DNA of 63,903 nucleotides, filler included, from Octopus bimaculoides (lineage: Eukaryota), in the NCBI RefSeq assembly GCF_001194135.2. It is 6 parts of 6 records of this genome, joined end to end, with 100 filler letters (N's around TTAATTAATTAA, not from the genome) between each part and the next. Parts side by side here need not be neighbours in the genome. Positions count along the whole stretch, not along the records: positions 36,623 to 57,840 come from NC_068985.1; positions 57,941 to 59,789 come from NW_026374125.1; positions 59,890 to 62,310 come from NW_026403354.1; 3 more parts are not named here. The stretch is one strand, 5' to 3'. This document shows positions 48,881 through 62,250 of this stretch, in pieces. Below the pieces are notes generated by a model. It was not told where the DNA came from. It saw nothing but the letters and a program-made list of their open reading frames with translations, and searched no databases. Made by a program: the position numbers and the translations under genes. The number at the start of each line of letters is the position of its first letter. The first letter of the stretch is position 1.

Positions 48881-49742
48881 CTGCTCTTCCAGCACAATTA
48901 CGGACAGATGGTACTTGTAAGAAGTGCTACTCACTCATCATGTGACAACGTGAGGAGGTGGAGAAATTTGAGGAATAAGTAATACTGGTTTATGTCGTTA
49001 ACAGTTATGTTGATGGTATATGGTGGCTGCGAGTGGTATTGGTGAATATAATGGTAGTGGTGGTCGTCGACGCCGTAGCTGGTGGTGTTAGTGGTTTGCG
49101 ATAAAATAATTATTTATGAATAAAATTTCAGAGACTTGGATGACACGAAAGGCTATAGAAAGAGGAAAGTTAAGATCCGAGGAAAAGAAAGGAAGAAACA
49201 ATGCGTCCTTCACGTTCAGACAACCGCTGTCTTGAGCTGCCTGAACTTGACGGTGATACAGAGAGAAACCTGTAGTCTACTGAAATTAATGGTAACCTTC
49301 AAACAATTAAATAGACGAAAATTACTTTGACTAGGAAATTGGGAACGAGTACTATATGATCCCAGATAATGGGGGTTGATAAAGACTAAGTAACATATCT
49401 GTGGAGAATTTAAGGATTACACCATAAAGTATATGGGGTTTTCAGAGATTAATCGGACTATAAGGTGATCACAGTCGTAGAGTAATCTAATCATTGGTAG
49501 ATGGTGGAATTTGGGTGAAAAGCCTCGTAACGTGCACTTAAGAGCTTGTATGTCATTGTCTGACTACCACCCGTTATCTAACAGTAGGTTATATTCCAGG
49601 GTAGGATACACATTTGGAACCCCTCTTTACGTAACATTAACACAAAAATAATATAACACGTGGATAGAGGACATCAGGCTTTAACAGTAGATCAAGCTTG
49701 TTGCCCTTAGTCCTTGTGTTATATTATCGTTTTATATATATG

Positions 49743-49783
<41 letters not shown>

Positions 49784-50753
49784 GTGTGTAAATATATGTA
49801 TATACATATATATAAGTCAGTAAATAGTGGGGTTATATATNNNNNNNNNNNNNNNNNNNNNNNNNNNNNNNNNNNNNNNNNNNNNNNNNNNNNNNNNNNN
49901 NNNNNNNNNNNNNNNNNNNNNNNNNNNNNNNNNNNNNNNNNNNNNNNNNNNNNNNNNNNNNNNNNNNNNNNNNNNNNNNNNNNNNNNNNNNNNNNNNNNN
50001 NNNNNNNNNNNNNNNNNNNNNNNNNNNNNNNNNNNNNNNNNNNNNNNNNNNNNNNNNNNNNNNNNNNNNNNNNNNNNNNNNNNNNNNNNNNNNNNNNNNN
50101 NNNNNNNNNNNNNNNNNNNNNNNNNNNNNNNNNNNNNNNNNNNNNNNNNNNNNNNNNNNNNNNNNNNNNNNNNNNNNNNNNNNNNNNNNNNNNNNNNNNN
50201 NNNNNNNNNNNNNNNNNNNNNNNNNNNNNNNNNNNNNNNNNNNNNNNNNNNNNNNNNNNNNNNNNNNNNNNNNNNNNNNNNNNNNNNNNNNNNNNNNNNN
50301 NNNNNNNNNNNNNNNNNNNNNNNNNNNNNNNNNNNNNNNNNNNNNNNNNNNNNNNNNNNNNNNNNNNNNNNNNNNNNNNNNNNNNNNNNNNNNNNNNNNN
50401 NNNNNNNNNNNNNNNNNNNNNNNNNNNNNNNNNNNNNNNNNNNNNNNNNNNNNNNNNNNNNNNNNNNNNNNNNNNNNNNNNNNNNNNNNNNNNNNNNNNN
50501 NNNNATAATTATCTGTGAATTCTTCATTCACAGACTTGAGTACAGTGGAATGTAGTGGGGGAGAGGGAGGGGGACGAAGAGAGCAGGAAAAAAATCAATA
50601 AATGAATTCTTTTGATGTTTAATAGTAAAAAAAAACTAGAAGCAAGGGAGGAAACCCCCTACAAAGAGCAGACCTTACTGCTGGGATATGGGTCATTCTT
50701 TATAGAAGGGCCGTGAACTTGTAACTCTTTGTTGGTAATTTATTTGCCATCTT

Positions 50754-51064
50754 CTCATCATCATCATCATCATCGTCATCATCGTCATCATCATTGTCAT
50801 CATCATCATCGTTACAATTACCATTACCGTCATCAGTGTAGCCACCCTCATCATCATCATCAACACCATCATAACTACAATCACATTTAACAATTCCAGT
50901 ATTTTATCTTCATCTTCAACACTAACAGAAGCTCTGTCATTACTGCCATTGTCGCTATCATTATCATCATCGTCACCACTACCACCACCATTGCCAGTAA
51001 CACCATCATCATCACCATCGTCATCATCAACAACGACAACAGCAGTTACTACAAAACATCGTTG

Positions 51065-51102
<38 letters not shown>

Positions 51103-51184
51103 NNNNNNNNNNNNNNNNNNNNNNNNNNNNNNNNNNNNNNNNNNNNNNNNNNNNNNNNNNNNNATCTTCATCATCACCATCATC

Positions 51185-51238
<54 letters not shown>

Positions 51239-51560
51239 TTTATCGTCATTATCGTCATTATCATCAATATCATCATCATTATCGTCATCGCTGTCATCAT
51301 TATCATAATCATCGTCGTCCTCATCATCATCATCATATTTATCGTTAACATCATCGTCATCATCATTGTCGTTATCATCATCACCAGCATCATCTTCATC
51401 ATCAACATCATTACCATCATCATCACCAGCAGTACCACTACTGCCGTTACAAGCATGGCCATCTCCATCATCATCATCGACATCACAACCACCACCACCA
51501 ACACCACCAGTCTCATCATCATCATCATCATTGCCTTTTATATTTTCATCATCATCAACC
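50754..51560. repeat. Long degenerate (ATC)n region
   Basis: Directly visible; source of the poly-M/D/I/S ORFs. Confidence 0.95.
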
Positions 51561-51564
51561 ACCC

Positions 51565-51923
51565 ATCCCATCGTCAACGGCAACACCCCTACATTAATGC
51601 CGCGTGTGGAACTGGAGACAGCTTTCCTCAGGGTGTGGGCACAGGTGACCATGGCTTTTGTGAACCGCCTCATGCACTCCATGTATCGAGAGTGTATGGC
51701 CGTTTTGAACACCCAGGGAGGCATATATGTTATGGAGCATGTCACGCCCTACAATCTCGATGTGCTGGATTCGCCCACTACAAGAACACATGACAAGGAC
51801 CCATATACTGTAGTCAAAGTGCATCCAAGAAATTGCCTTTATCAGATTTATCGAAATTTTAACTCTGACATTAAAGCATATTTTACAGTCACACACGTCT
51901 CGCGTTTCTTTTGCGGTTCAGTG
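51565..51923 (+). mobile_element. Tc1-like transposase 3' fragment with right TIR
   Basis: ELETAFLRVWAQVTMAFVNRLMHSMYRECMAVLNTQGG matches the Tc1 C-terminus (EL...W..I....I..LI.SM..RC.AV....GG); ends gtctcgcgtttcttttgcggttcagtg. Confidence 0.75.
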
Positions 51924-51944
51924 TTTGTATGTTTATGTATATAC

Positions 51945-52680
51945 TGAAGGCGCATGACCCAGTGGCTATAGCAGAGTTTCTCAACCTGGGTTACCCGGAA
52001 CTCTAGGGTTCCGCAAAAGGTTCCTAGGAGTCCCGCGAGAAAGATTGGGATAAGCTAATGCTAATTTCTTGATTGTAATATTACTATACATGCACAACAT
52101 ATTATTGGTTATCGTAATATTGTAATATAGACATCATCCTATCTAACCTATTATGTTATCAAAAAAATATAATANNNNNNNNNNNNNNNNNNNNNNNNNN
52201 NNNNNNNNNNNNNNNNNNNNNNNNNNNNNNNNNNNNNNNNNNNNNGTGAAATTTACCACATGAACTCCGATGAAAGAAATATGAGATTTATATGGTATAT
52301 AATTTTTATGTGCAACGGTTCCTTGAGACATGTAATTTATTTTAAGGGTTACGCAAGGTAAAAATGTTGAGAAACACTGGGCTAGAGTATCGGACTTACA
52401 ATTGTGAAGTTGTGTGTTCGGTTCCAGGACCAGGCTCTTTGTGATGTGTTCTTGAGCAAGATACTTTATTTCACTCAGCTGTAGAAACGAGTTGCAACGT
52501 CAATGGTTACCAAGCTGTCTCGGCCTCAACATCATTGACGTGGAGAGGGGTGACTGATATATATATGGACGACTGGTGGTTCTCCACAAACAACCTTGCC
52601 CGGACTTGTGCCTCAGAGGGGAATTTTCTAGGTACAATGCCATGGTCATTCGTGACCGAAGAGATGTCTTTACTCTTTAC
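51945..52680 (+). mobile_element. SINE family D interrupted by a hAT MITE
   Basis: tgaaggcgcatgacccagtggcta|insert|gagtatcggac...ttcttgagcaagatactttatttcactcagctgtagaa...ctttactctttac is collinear with the reverse complement of 9293-9643. Confidence 0.9.
51972..52379. mobile_element. hAT (Charlie/MER5-like) MITE
   Basis: TIRs cagagtttctcaac / gttgagaaacactg (13/14) and an 8-bp TSD ggctatag (51964-51971) / ggctagag (52380-52387). Confidence 0.9.
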
Positions 52681-52716
52681 CTCATATATATATATGTATC
52701 GGGTTTCTTTCAGTTT

Positions 52717-52762
<46 letters not shown>

Positions 52763-52769
52763 CTAAACA

Positions 52770-53010
52770 TCCCTCAAATTACTCTCAATCGGGATGATCT
52801 TTTTGCCTATACTAAGCGTTCTCATAGGTTTATGCAAAATATCCACAATTGTTTTCAGATTTTTTGTAAGGCTTTGTTTCATACGTTCCAAGTAATATAA
52901 AACGTTGCTTGAATAAATCTCAAATTTCTGTGATGCTTGAAAAAATTGAGAACGTGTGTCATACGCATGTCTGCCTGAGAAATATATCCTTTGTTCCAAA
53001 ATGTGATACA
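52770..53010 (-). mobile_element. Possible L2/Crack LINE C-terminal fragment
   Basis: YFSGRHAYDTRSQ...SLTKNLKTI resembles the HxYxTR...WNxLP motif. Confidence 0.35.
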
Positions 53011-53233
53011 CAGGCCAAGCACATGCTTATAAAGGATGCACATTAGACATTTTAGTGAGATAACTCCCTCCCTACTTAATAGAAAAAAAAAGTGAGATGG
53101 CCATGAATGGAATAACTTTGATCATAAATCTACTAGACCTGGGGCTAGCAACAACAAGAACAATAATGCACCAGCTGTTTCAACAATAGAATTGGAATTG
53201 GAGAAACAGTGAAGACTTGCTTCGAAAATCATT

Positions 53234-53289
<56 letters not shown>

Positions 53290-53885
53290 CATATCTGGTT
53301 CTATATCAAAGTGACCTTCTCCTAGAGACATGCTTTAAAAAAGGCTAACGAGTGCCTCATTCCCAGTGGTCATCCAGTATACTGGACACCAATCCGAAAT
53401 CTCTGTGGGCCCGTGCTGTTGTCAGATAGCCGTTAAACCTACACTAGGTTCCTCCGTCCTTTTGACAGATTTTATTTCCAGACCTGCGGGGTTTTCGGCA
53501 ACCCTTTTCACCAGGTAAGCTTAGTGAGGGAGCCCGTGTAGTAGCAGACGGTCCGATACTGCAACAGGTTGTGTTGGATTCCACGTTCGATTCCACTCGT
53601 GAAAGACCTCAAAAGTAAGCTCATATTGAACATTTTCGGCGTCTTTTGCTTGCGCTTGAAACCATAGCGCTCGCACGTGACACATATTAGCAATGCATAT
53701 CTTGCCCTGGATTGTCATTGTATCATGCCCATAGGGTGGAGACGGTCTTTGAGGTTTTGTGCAAGCCTTATTGGATCTAAAATTTTAGGTTGTGCAATCA
53801 CCGGCGAGACAACTTTCCGACTCCCAGTTAAGTAGATGCACGCCACGATGACCGTAAAAACCGTGGATACAAACCCTGGGGGATA

Positions 53886-53947
<62 letters not shown>

Positions 53948-53950
53948 TGT

Positions 53951-53993
<43 letters not shown>

Positions 53994-54499
53994 ATTGAGA
54001 TTTAGTTGAATTAGTTACTTAAGTTGAAGCAGCAAGTCAGTCCGGTATTATCCGCACAGCTCGAAGTAAGGTGAATGTAGTGATGTAGTACGACCGTTTC
54101 AAGCGACTCCATTTAATTGAACAATGCAATCATTACATCAATTTAATTGCATCAGCTGCACAATTAAATAGAAGTTTAATCAGTTGGACACATTAATATA
54201 TTTGTTCTCAAATACTTTCACAGAGCAAGAAGATGGAAGAAATCCATGTTGTCGATATTGTAGCTAAGAATAAACTACACTTCCAAGAAAGGCATGAAGC
54301 CCACTGGGGTCATAGCTTGTAAAGGATTGTGGTTCATTTCTAATTTATTTGTCTTTTTATCAACTACTAAATCTAAGACTAGAGTACTGTGTCTATTTGG
54401 AATGAAGGACAAGTGTGAGTTGACAGCTCATGGCTAGGTATGGTCATAAATATTGTCAAGACATCAGGAGTAGTAAGTTATATATATGTATGTATCACA

Positions 54500-55300
54500 C
54501 AACCCATTTTATCTTTCATTGCACAAAAATGATATTGTATGATTTCAGGTATATTTGTTATTTACAATAGGTTGAGAGACCTTGTAAGCAATGATAGCTA
54601 AAATATGACACGCATATCAGACATGACACGATAATGGAGTTTAGGAAAAATAGTTCTTCCTACAATATCATGTTACAAAAGCCTTATACATGAAGATTTA
54701 GCTAAAACTAAAATGTATGGATGACGTGTGACAGAACATGATTAAAGAAATCAAAATTGCATTACGTCCTACTCAAAAAGAAAGAAACGTCACCATCACT
54801 AACCTAGAGATTTTCTCGATGGTTATAAAATTTGGTGACAATGAGTTCATACTGTCAGATAGAATACCAGTCCTCTGACGCAAGATAAAGACTTCTTCCG
54901 CAAAATACATAAACAGTTGATAGCGATTTATTCATAGATTTATTTAATAACTATTTGAGGATATTGGTGTTATAGCACTCATCCCCCAGCCTCCACCTAC
55001 TCGTTTCACACTCTTACCACGCGTGTATCTTCTGTAGCTATTACTTCATTCTTTCTATCTAGTCATCTGTCTATTTTTCTGCCTATTTTCCCGTTCAATA
55101 TATATGTGTATGTACATATACATACTTTTACACACACACACGCACACACATATATATAACCATACACGTGTTTTTTTGGCGGGGTGGGGACTATTTACCT
55201 TCTTTCCAGACCTTTCTTCTCTCCTCTTTCTAACAAAACGTTACGCACCCTTTCTTTCCATCTTTAACTGAGCGTCAAACTAATACATTCCATGTGTACG
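54500..55300 (+). mobile_element. Possible heavily decayed Penelope-like RT and terminal remnant
   Basis: Broken frames suggest RT-like motifs (...ggatgacg..., TITNLEIFSMVIKFGDNEFILSD), and there is a downstream aaacgtt...ctgagcgtcaaactaataca block. Low similarity. Confidence 0.3.
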
Positions 55301-55395
55301 TCCAGTGAATTTTGGGCTATTTGTTTTTATCTCTATATTCGATTTGCGGATATACATACATACATATAGATATGTGTGTGCGTGTATTGATATAC

Positions 55396-55450
<55 letters not shown>

Positions 55451-55624
55451 AATATATGTATGTATTTATATGTATTCTTTTATTCTTTTATTCTTTCAGT
55501 CATGACTTACAGCCACATTGTATCATTTGTTCCTTTCTTATGGGTAAAATCGGCACACGAGGAATATGATGCAAACCACACTTCTTTATAAACATGTTTT
55601 TCTGTCATATTCTGATGAACAACG

Positions 55625-55765
55625 CTGTATTTTCCGTCTACCAAATTCTGTCACAAGTCTGTGGTTGGCCTTGGAATAGGGTAGAACTCGCCCGAAGTAC
55701 CATGGAGATGGACTGAACGTGAACCATGTGGTTGGAAACATACTTCTCAACCACACAGTCGTTCT
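55625..55765 (-). mobile_element. SINE family B 5' half, degenerate
   Basis: ttttccgtctaccaaattctgtcacaag...gggactgaac-like...aaccatgtggttggaaac. Confidence 0.75.
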
Positions 55766-57264
55766 TGTACCTAATATATGTGTGTGTGTGGGGGGGGGTT
55801 ACATTTGTTGTTAATTCGAGTATTGTATCCCACTATGTCCCAACGTTAGTAGTTCATCAAGCAGATATCTATAACTTAAATGCTAGATTGATATACGTAC
55901 TGAGGTCAGTATGATCAATTAAATTTTTGAAGGTGATACCCCATCATGGCGATAAGTCAAAGGGCTAAACCCAGTAAAAAAATGTCTAATGACTTCATGG
56001 CTTGAACTTTACGGTGAGGGATTACTAACCACAAGATAATGAGTTCAAAACTTCGTATTGAACTCCCACTCAATACGATAACACTATATACTACAAATAG
56101 CAGCCAAATCTATCTTAAAACATACTCTTTCATCAAAAGAAAGACACAGATTTACAGTATTTCAGGAAGAAAAAAAAGTATGCAATGGGTCTGCTATATC
56201 AGAGGCAATTTTGGGCCAAACAAAACATAGACAAGCATACTTCACACTAAAAGATTATCTACTGAACAATTTTTATATAGTTGACGGTATAGCTTTGCAG
56301 ATTCATTCCCTGATAAAACTCCATATATTTTAAACAATTTCTTAATATGCTGTAAGACAAAAAAATGTTCAGCCAGAGTTGCCTCCCTTAGCTAAAGACT
56401 TCAAAATTGTGCGACTCGGCCTCTCAATTTCGAGGTTATTTTTGTAGTAAAAAAGAGTTATGCAAAAAAAAATTTATTTGGTAGTCTGAAGATTACTGAA
56501 TCTTTTGATACTCGATATATCAAAATCGGCAACTCAGTTTTCGAATGCCTAAAGAACATATGCACGCACATACACACACACACACACACACANNNNNNNN
56601 NNNNNNNNNNNNNNNNNNNNNNNNNNNNNNNNNNNNNNNNNNNNNNNNNNNNNNNNNNNNNNNNNNNNNNNNNNNNNNNNNNNNNNNNNNNNNNNNNNNN
56701 NNNNNNNNNNNNNNNNNNNNNNNNNNNNNNNNNNNNNNNNNNNNNNNNNNNNNNNNNNNNNNNNNNNNNNNNNNNNNNNNNNNNNNNNNNNNNNNNNNNN
56801 NNNNNNNNNNNNNNNNNNNNNNNNNNNNNNNNNNNNNNNNNNNNNNNNNNNNNNNNNNNNNNNNNNNNNNNNNNNNNNNNNNNNNNNNNNNNNNNNNNNN
56901 NNNNNNNNNNNNNNNNNNNNNNNNNNNNNNNNNNNNNNNNNNNNNNNNNNNNNNNNNNNNNNNNNNNNNNNNNNNNNNNNNNNNNNNNNNNNNNNNNNNN
57001 NNNNNNNNNNNNNNNNNNNNNNNNNNNNNNNNNNNNNNNNNNNNNNNNNNNNNNNNNNNNNNNNNNNNNNNNNNNNNNNNNNNNNNNNNNNNNNNNNNNN
57101 NNNNNNNNNNNNNNNNNNNNNNNNNNNNNNNNNNNNNNNNNNNNNNNNNNNNNNNNNNNNNNNNNNNNNNNNNNNNNNNNNNNNNNNNNNNNNNNNNNNN
57201 NNNNNNNNNNNNNNNNNNNNNNNNNNNNNNNNNNNNNNNNNNNNNNNNNNNNNNNNNNNNNNNN

Positions 57265-57296
<32 letters not shown>

Positions 57297-57788
57297 GCTC
57301 ATTCGTGACCATCGTCCATCTGTTCCTCACGTGATCATCTTTCTTTTCTTTCAAGACTGTTCTAAGGACTGGACGTATCCTATTTCTTTCTTCTACCTTT
57401 TCTCTTGTCAAAGAAAATATTTCTCCAGCGTTGGATGTTTTACCTTGATTCTGGTCTAATCACCCTCCATGTCTGTTTTCGTTCGGTTTCCTTGTATGTC
57501 TTTACTGTTGTGCTTTTGTTTCAACCTAGACCCTCCATAAATCCCAAACTTAATTTTGGTACTTATGGGAGCAACTGTCTTCGAAGAGTCATACCGTCGT
57601 TGAATGCTCGAAATGAGGAGTCGATAGACAGCCGACAACTGATGAAAGGTTGTTCTTTGTGTTACTTGTCCTGTTTTTCATTAGTTTCTCTCGTTGTTTG
57701 CGTATTGAACTCATTTGTTTTCGTATTTCATGTTGTTTACAGTTGGTCATATCCTGTACCTATATACGTATATGTACACACACACGTG

Positions 57789-57826
<38 letters not shown>

Positions 57827-58216
57827 TACATATATATATANNNNNNNNNNNNNNNNNNNNNNNNNNNNNNNNNNNNNNNNNNNNTTAATTAATTAANNNN
57901 NNNNNNNNNNNNNNNNNNNNNNNNNNNNNNNNNNNNNNNNATATACATAAATTTGAATTTAATTAGAGAGTATATTAACCTCATGAAGGGATGGTTGCAT
58001 TCAAGGAAATCCTGGTTCGATACCTAGTATTTGGGAGGAATGAAATTTCCTTAAAACGATAGTTATATATAAAGCATATTGTTTATATCCGTTTAAAAGA
58101 AGAAAAGAAAATGGAGATGAGGAAGTTAATTGTTTATTATTAACAACAAATTGGTAGTCTTTGCTTTTAGAAGCGAAGATGACCAATTTGTTGTTAATAA
58201 TAAACATAATAGACAT

Positions 58217-58634
58217 AGGCACAGGAGTGGCTGTGTGGTAAGTAGCTTGCCTACCAACCACATGGTTCCGGGTTCAGTCCCACTGCATGGCACCTTGGGC
58301 AAGTGTCTTCTACTATAGCCTTGGGCTGACCGAAGCCTTGTGAGTGGATTTGGTAGACGGAAACTGAAAGAAGCCTGTCGTATATATGTATATATATATA
58401 TATATATACATGTATGTGTGCGCATAAGTTTGTGTGTCTGTGTTTGTCCCTCCAACATCGCTTGACAACCGATGCTGGTGTGTTTAGGTCCCCCGTAACT
58501 TAGTGGTTCAGCAAAACAGACCGATAGATTAAGTACTAGGCATGTAAAGGATAAGTCCTGGGGTCGATTTGCTCGACTAAAGGCGGTGCTCCAGCATGGC
58601 CGCAGTCAAATGACTGAAACAAGTAAAAGAGTAA
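58217..58634 (+). mobile_element. SINE family B, full length
   Basis: aggcacaggagtggctgtgtggtaagtagcttgcc...ggttcagtccc (B box)...[TA]n...gactgaaacaagtaaaagagtaa. Confidence 0.95.
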
Positions 58635-59139
58635 TTATTAACTTCCTAATCTCCATTTTCTTCCTTTGTACGTCTATAGATATATATATAAAACTGAGAA
58701 TGTGTGTGTGTGTCTGTTTGTCTGTCTGCATGTGTGTATGTGTGTCTGTATGTGTACATGACTAAAACTTGAAAACTACCCAACTGGCTTCATTCAAATT
58801 TTACACATGCACTACTTATATATATATATATTATATATGCATTTCATGTATATATGTGTGTATATATATATATATATCTGTACATATACATGTATGTATA
58901 GNNNNNNNNNNNNNNNNNNNNNNNNNNNNNNNNNNNNNNNNNNNNNNNNNNNNNNNNNNNNNNNNNNNNNNNNNNNNNNNNNNNNNNNNNNNNNNNNNNN
59001 NNNNNNNNNNNNNNNNNNNNNNNNNNNNNNNNNNNNNNNNNNNNNNNNNNNNNNNNNNNNNNNNNNNNNNNNNNNNNNNNNNNNNNNNNNNNNNNNNNNN
59101 NNNNNNNNNNAGGGGGGGTGGGGGTGGGGCGACATTTGT

Positions 59140-59262
59140 TGTACTCTTTCACCACAACTTTCTCTCACTCTTTCTTCCTGTTTCTTGAGTAAAGCTCTGA
59201 TGGACTGGCATCCCGTCCAGCTGGTGGGGGGAGGGGGGGGCACATATGTCATAGAAACCAGG
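59140..59262 (+). mobile_element. SINE family C variant 3' part
   Basis: gtactctttcaccacaactttctctcactctt is shared with 10541-10575, then diverges into gatggactggcatcccgtccagctgg. Confidence 0.7.
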
Positions 59263-59604
59263 AAACCGGGCCATGCACAAATATGTATTTGTGCATGTAT
59301 CTGAGAGAAGGCGTAATTATACAGTTGTATATACAGATATACGTACATGTAGGTGTGTGTATGTGCGTGTGCGTGCCCATGTGTGTATGCATGTGTACAT
59401 ACACACACATATATATATATATATATGGGGAAACACCCACACATACATACACACACAGATAAATAGGTAATTAGATAATTAGACAAATAGACATTCTTCT
59501 TTAAAATGCTGCTGCTACTACTACTACTACAAAGAGAATTCTTTAGTAAAAAACTTGCAATGATAAAAAGGAAAAGTTTATGTTTCAATTACTAATTGAC
59601 CATA

Positions 59605-59789
59605 AAAAGCACCGAGTACACTTTGGAAAGTGGCTGATTTTAAGAAGGGCATCCAACCATAAAACCATTCCAGAAACAGAGAGTGGAGTTTGATGCAGTA
59701 CTCTGGGTTGACAGTTCCTGTCAAACCATCCAACCCACGCCAGCATGGAAGATGGACATAAAATGATGATGATGATGATGATGATGATG
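59605..59789 (+). mobile_element. SINE family E 3' half with (ATG)n tail
   Basis: aagaagggcatccaaccataaaacc...aacccacgccagcatggaagatggacataaaatgatgatg. Confidence 0.7.
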
Positions 59790-60151
59790 NNNNNNNNNNN
59801 NNNNNNNNNNNNNNNNNNNNNNNNNNNNNNNNNTTAATTAATTAANNNNNNNNNNNNNNNNNNNNNNNNNNNNNNNNNNNNNNNNNNNNTGAGTAATCCT
59901 TCAACTTAATTTAAAATTGTTTTTATTAAAACAACATATAACATTTTTTCATTATAACACAGAATTTATATGTATACACGTGTGTGCGCGTGCGTGAGTG
60001 CGTGCGTGTGCCTGTGTGTTGCGTGCATATATATGTATATGATATACATGTATACATATACAAACATATATACATGTATGTATGCATCTATGTATGCACT
60101 CTTACTCTCTCTCTATCTCTCTCTCACACACACACACACACACACGTATAT

Positions 60152-60256
60152 ATACGACAGGCTTCTTTCAGTTTCCGTCTGCCAAATCCACTCACAAGGG
60201 TTTGATCGGCCCGAGGCTGCAGTAGAAGACACTCACCCAAGGTACCACGCAGTGTT
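60152..60256 (-). mobile_element. SINE family B middle fragment
   Basis: acgacaggcttctttcagtttccgtc...ggcccgaggctgcagtagaagacac. Confidence 0.85.
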
Positions 60257-60417
60257 TCGCATTGTATGACAACCGCTGTAGGTCTGTTTATGACACTGCA
60301 TTTAAGGATTCATTTAGAGAGAGAGAGGGGGCGGGGGGAGATCAATAGCCGAGCTACTGAATTTAGAATAAGCACAGGTGGAAATTTATTGAATTGAAAC
60401 ATGTAAGCGAATAGTAT

Positions 60418-60819
60418 AAACTCTTCTACCCTAAGCGCAAGGCTCGAAATGCCGCTAAGCATTTCACTCGGCGTGCTAAGGTTTCTNNNNNNNNNNNNNN
60501 NNNNNNNTATTGATCTCGAAAGGATGAAAGGCAAAGTCGACCTCGGCGGAATTTGAACTCAAAATATAAAGAGAGACGAAATACCTATTTCTTTACTGCC
60601 CACAAGGGGCTACACACAGAGGGGACAAACAAGGACAGACAAACGGATTAAGTCGATTATATCGACCCAGTGCGCAACTGGTACTTAATTTATCGACCCC
60701 GAAAGGATGAAAGGCAAAGTCGACCTCGGCGGAATTTGAACTCAGAACATAACGGCAGACGACATACCGCTAAGCACTTCGCCCGGCGTGCTAACGTTTC
60801 TGCCAGCCCGCCGCCTTAA
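60418..60819 (-). mobile_element. Cluster of young SINE family A copies, including a variant-tail copy
   Basis: gaaaggatgaaaggcaaagtcgacctcggcggaatttgaactca occurs at about 60517 and 60700; the cluster ends ctgccagcccgccgccttaa. Confidence 0.92.
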
Positions 60820-61359
60820 ACGAATAAATATATAAATAAATGAATAACCAAATGAAGTAAACAAAAGACATACGTTCTCACCCACCCATCTGGTCCTGGG
60901 TCTACTCCTAAATGTACCAGTTGGCTCGACTTGAAACATCTGTCTTGCGATTCCTTCCTTTTAGTCATTTCTTAGAGCTGTGAACTCCTGGTGCGGCGAA
61001 GTAGCGGCTCCACCTGAAGAAATTCCCTGAGATTGTGGAGATTATCCAATCATCTCATTGTTCGTCTACTCTAAGTCTCCTGCCGATTGACACGATTCTT
61101 TCCCGCAGCTTTCAAATAAGATATCCTTAGAACGGGAGCTGTAACCTGTCAATGCAAAGAAGTAGCGGCTCGACCTGGAGATGCTGCTTAATCTCCGACT
61201 TTCGCACCATCTTGAGAAACGTTGGGATCCTTCGAAAGAAACCCCATTTTGGCCGCCGGTATTCGCTATCGTACTCTTAAATCTCTTCGAGTAAGACATA
61301 CAAGAGACAGTTGCCCTTAAAATGATTCTTAGACAAATCATCGTGACACAGTGTATATA

Positions 61360-61452
<93 letters not shown>

Positions 61453-61834
61453 GTGTGTGTGTGTGTGTGCGTGCGTGCGTGCGCGCGATATGATTGTAAC
61501 TTTAAAAGTACAATCAATCCGAGGAGCTTAAACGTGAAGCTTGGGTCTACCCCAGGATGGTATATAAAAGACACCTGCCTTAGATGTCATGGACTGAGTT
61601 GGAACCCGTGTTAGGAAGCACACTTCGTATCTGAATGAATAAAATTAGATGTGTTTCAGTAAATACAGCTGCATATAAAGTCACATGCATGTAGATATTT
61701 TGATACACACTGATATACACATAAACACATACATGCGCATGCACAGACACAGAAACGACACAGGATATATATTTGTTTTACATAACTTTATAAACACATT
61801 ACGTACACACAAACATATATATCTACGTCAAGTA

Positions 61835-61870
<36 letters not shown>

Positions 61871-61872
<2 letters not shown>

Positions 61873-62250
61873 ATTATTCAGTTTCAATTCAAGATTTCTT
61901 GACAATAGAGAAAGAGCCGGTTTCTAACCTAGAATCAAGGCTCCTTCGTTGGAATTTCAACATCAGCAACAGGGTATTTTTGTATGTATGTATGTATGTA
62001 TGTACACGTGCAGATTTGTATATTTGTCTTATGCATGTCTTCTCATGCATATACTTTCATATCAAGACATGCTCGTATATACTTAAATGATAGACTTTTG
62101 GAAAGTTTTACAGATTTTTACAGCTCCAGTGATGGATTAGATCTGTAGGCTACGGATCAGATTTCTCATTACTGCTATTAAGAAGCCTAATTTCACAAGA
62201 TTGGTATTTAGGCAGTGTGTTTCATATCCCAGTGTCCCAATAATAACATG
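61871..62250 (-). mobile_element. RLE-type non-LTR retrotransposon 3' end
   Basis: VIIGTLGYETHCLNTNLVKLGF...LIRSLQI*SITGAVKICKTFQK followed by a 3' UTR homologous to 63538-63750. Confidence 0.85.
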
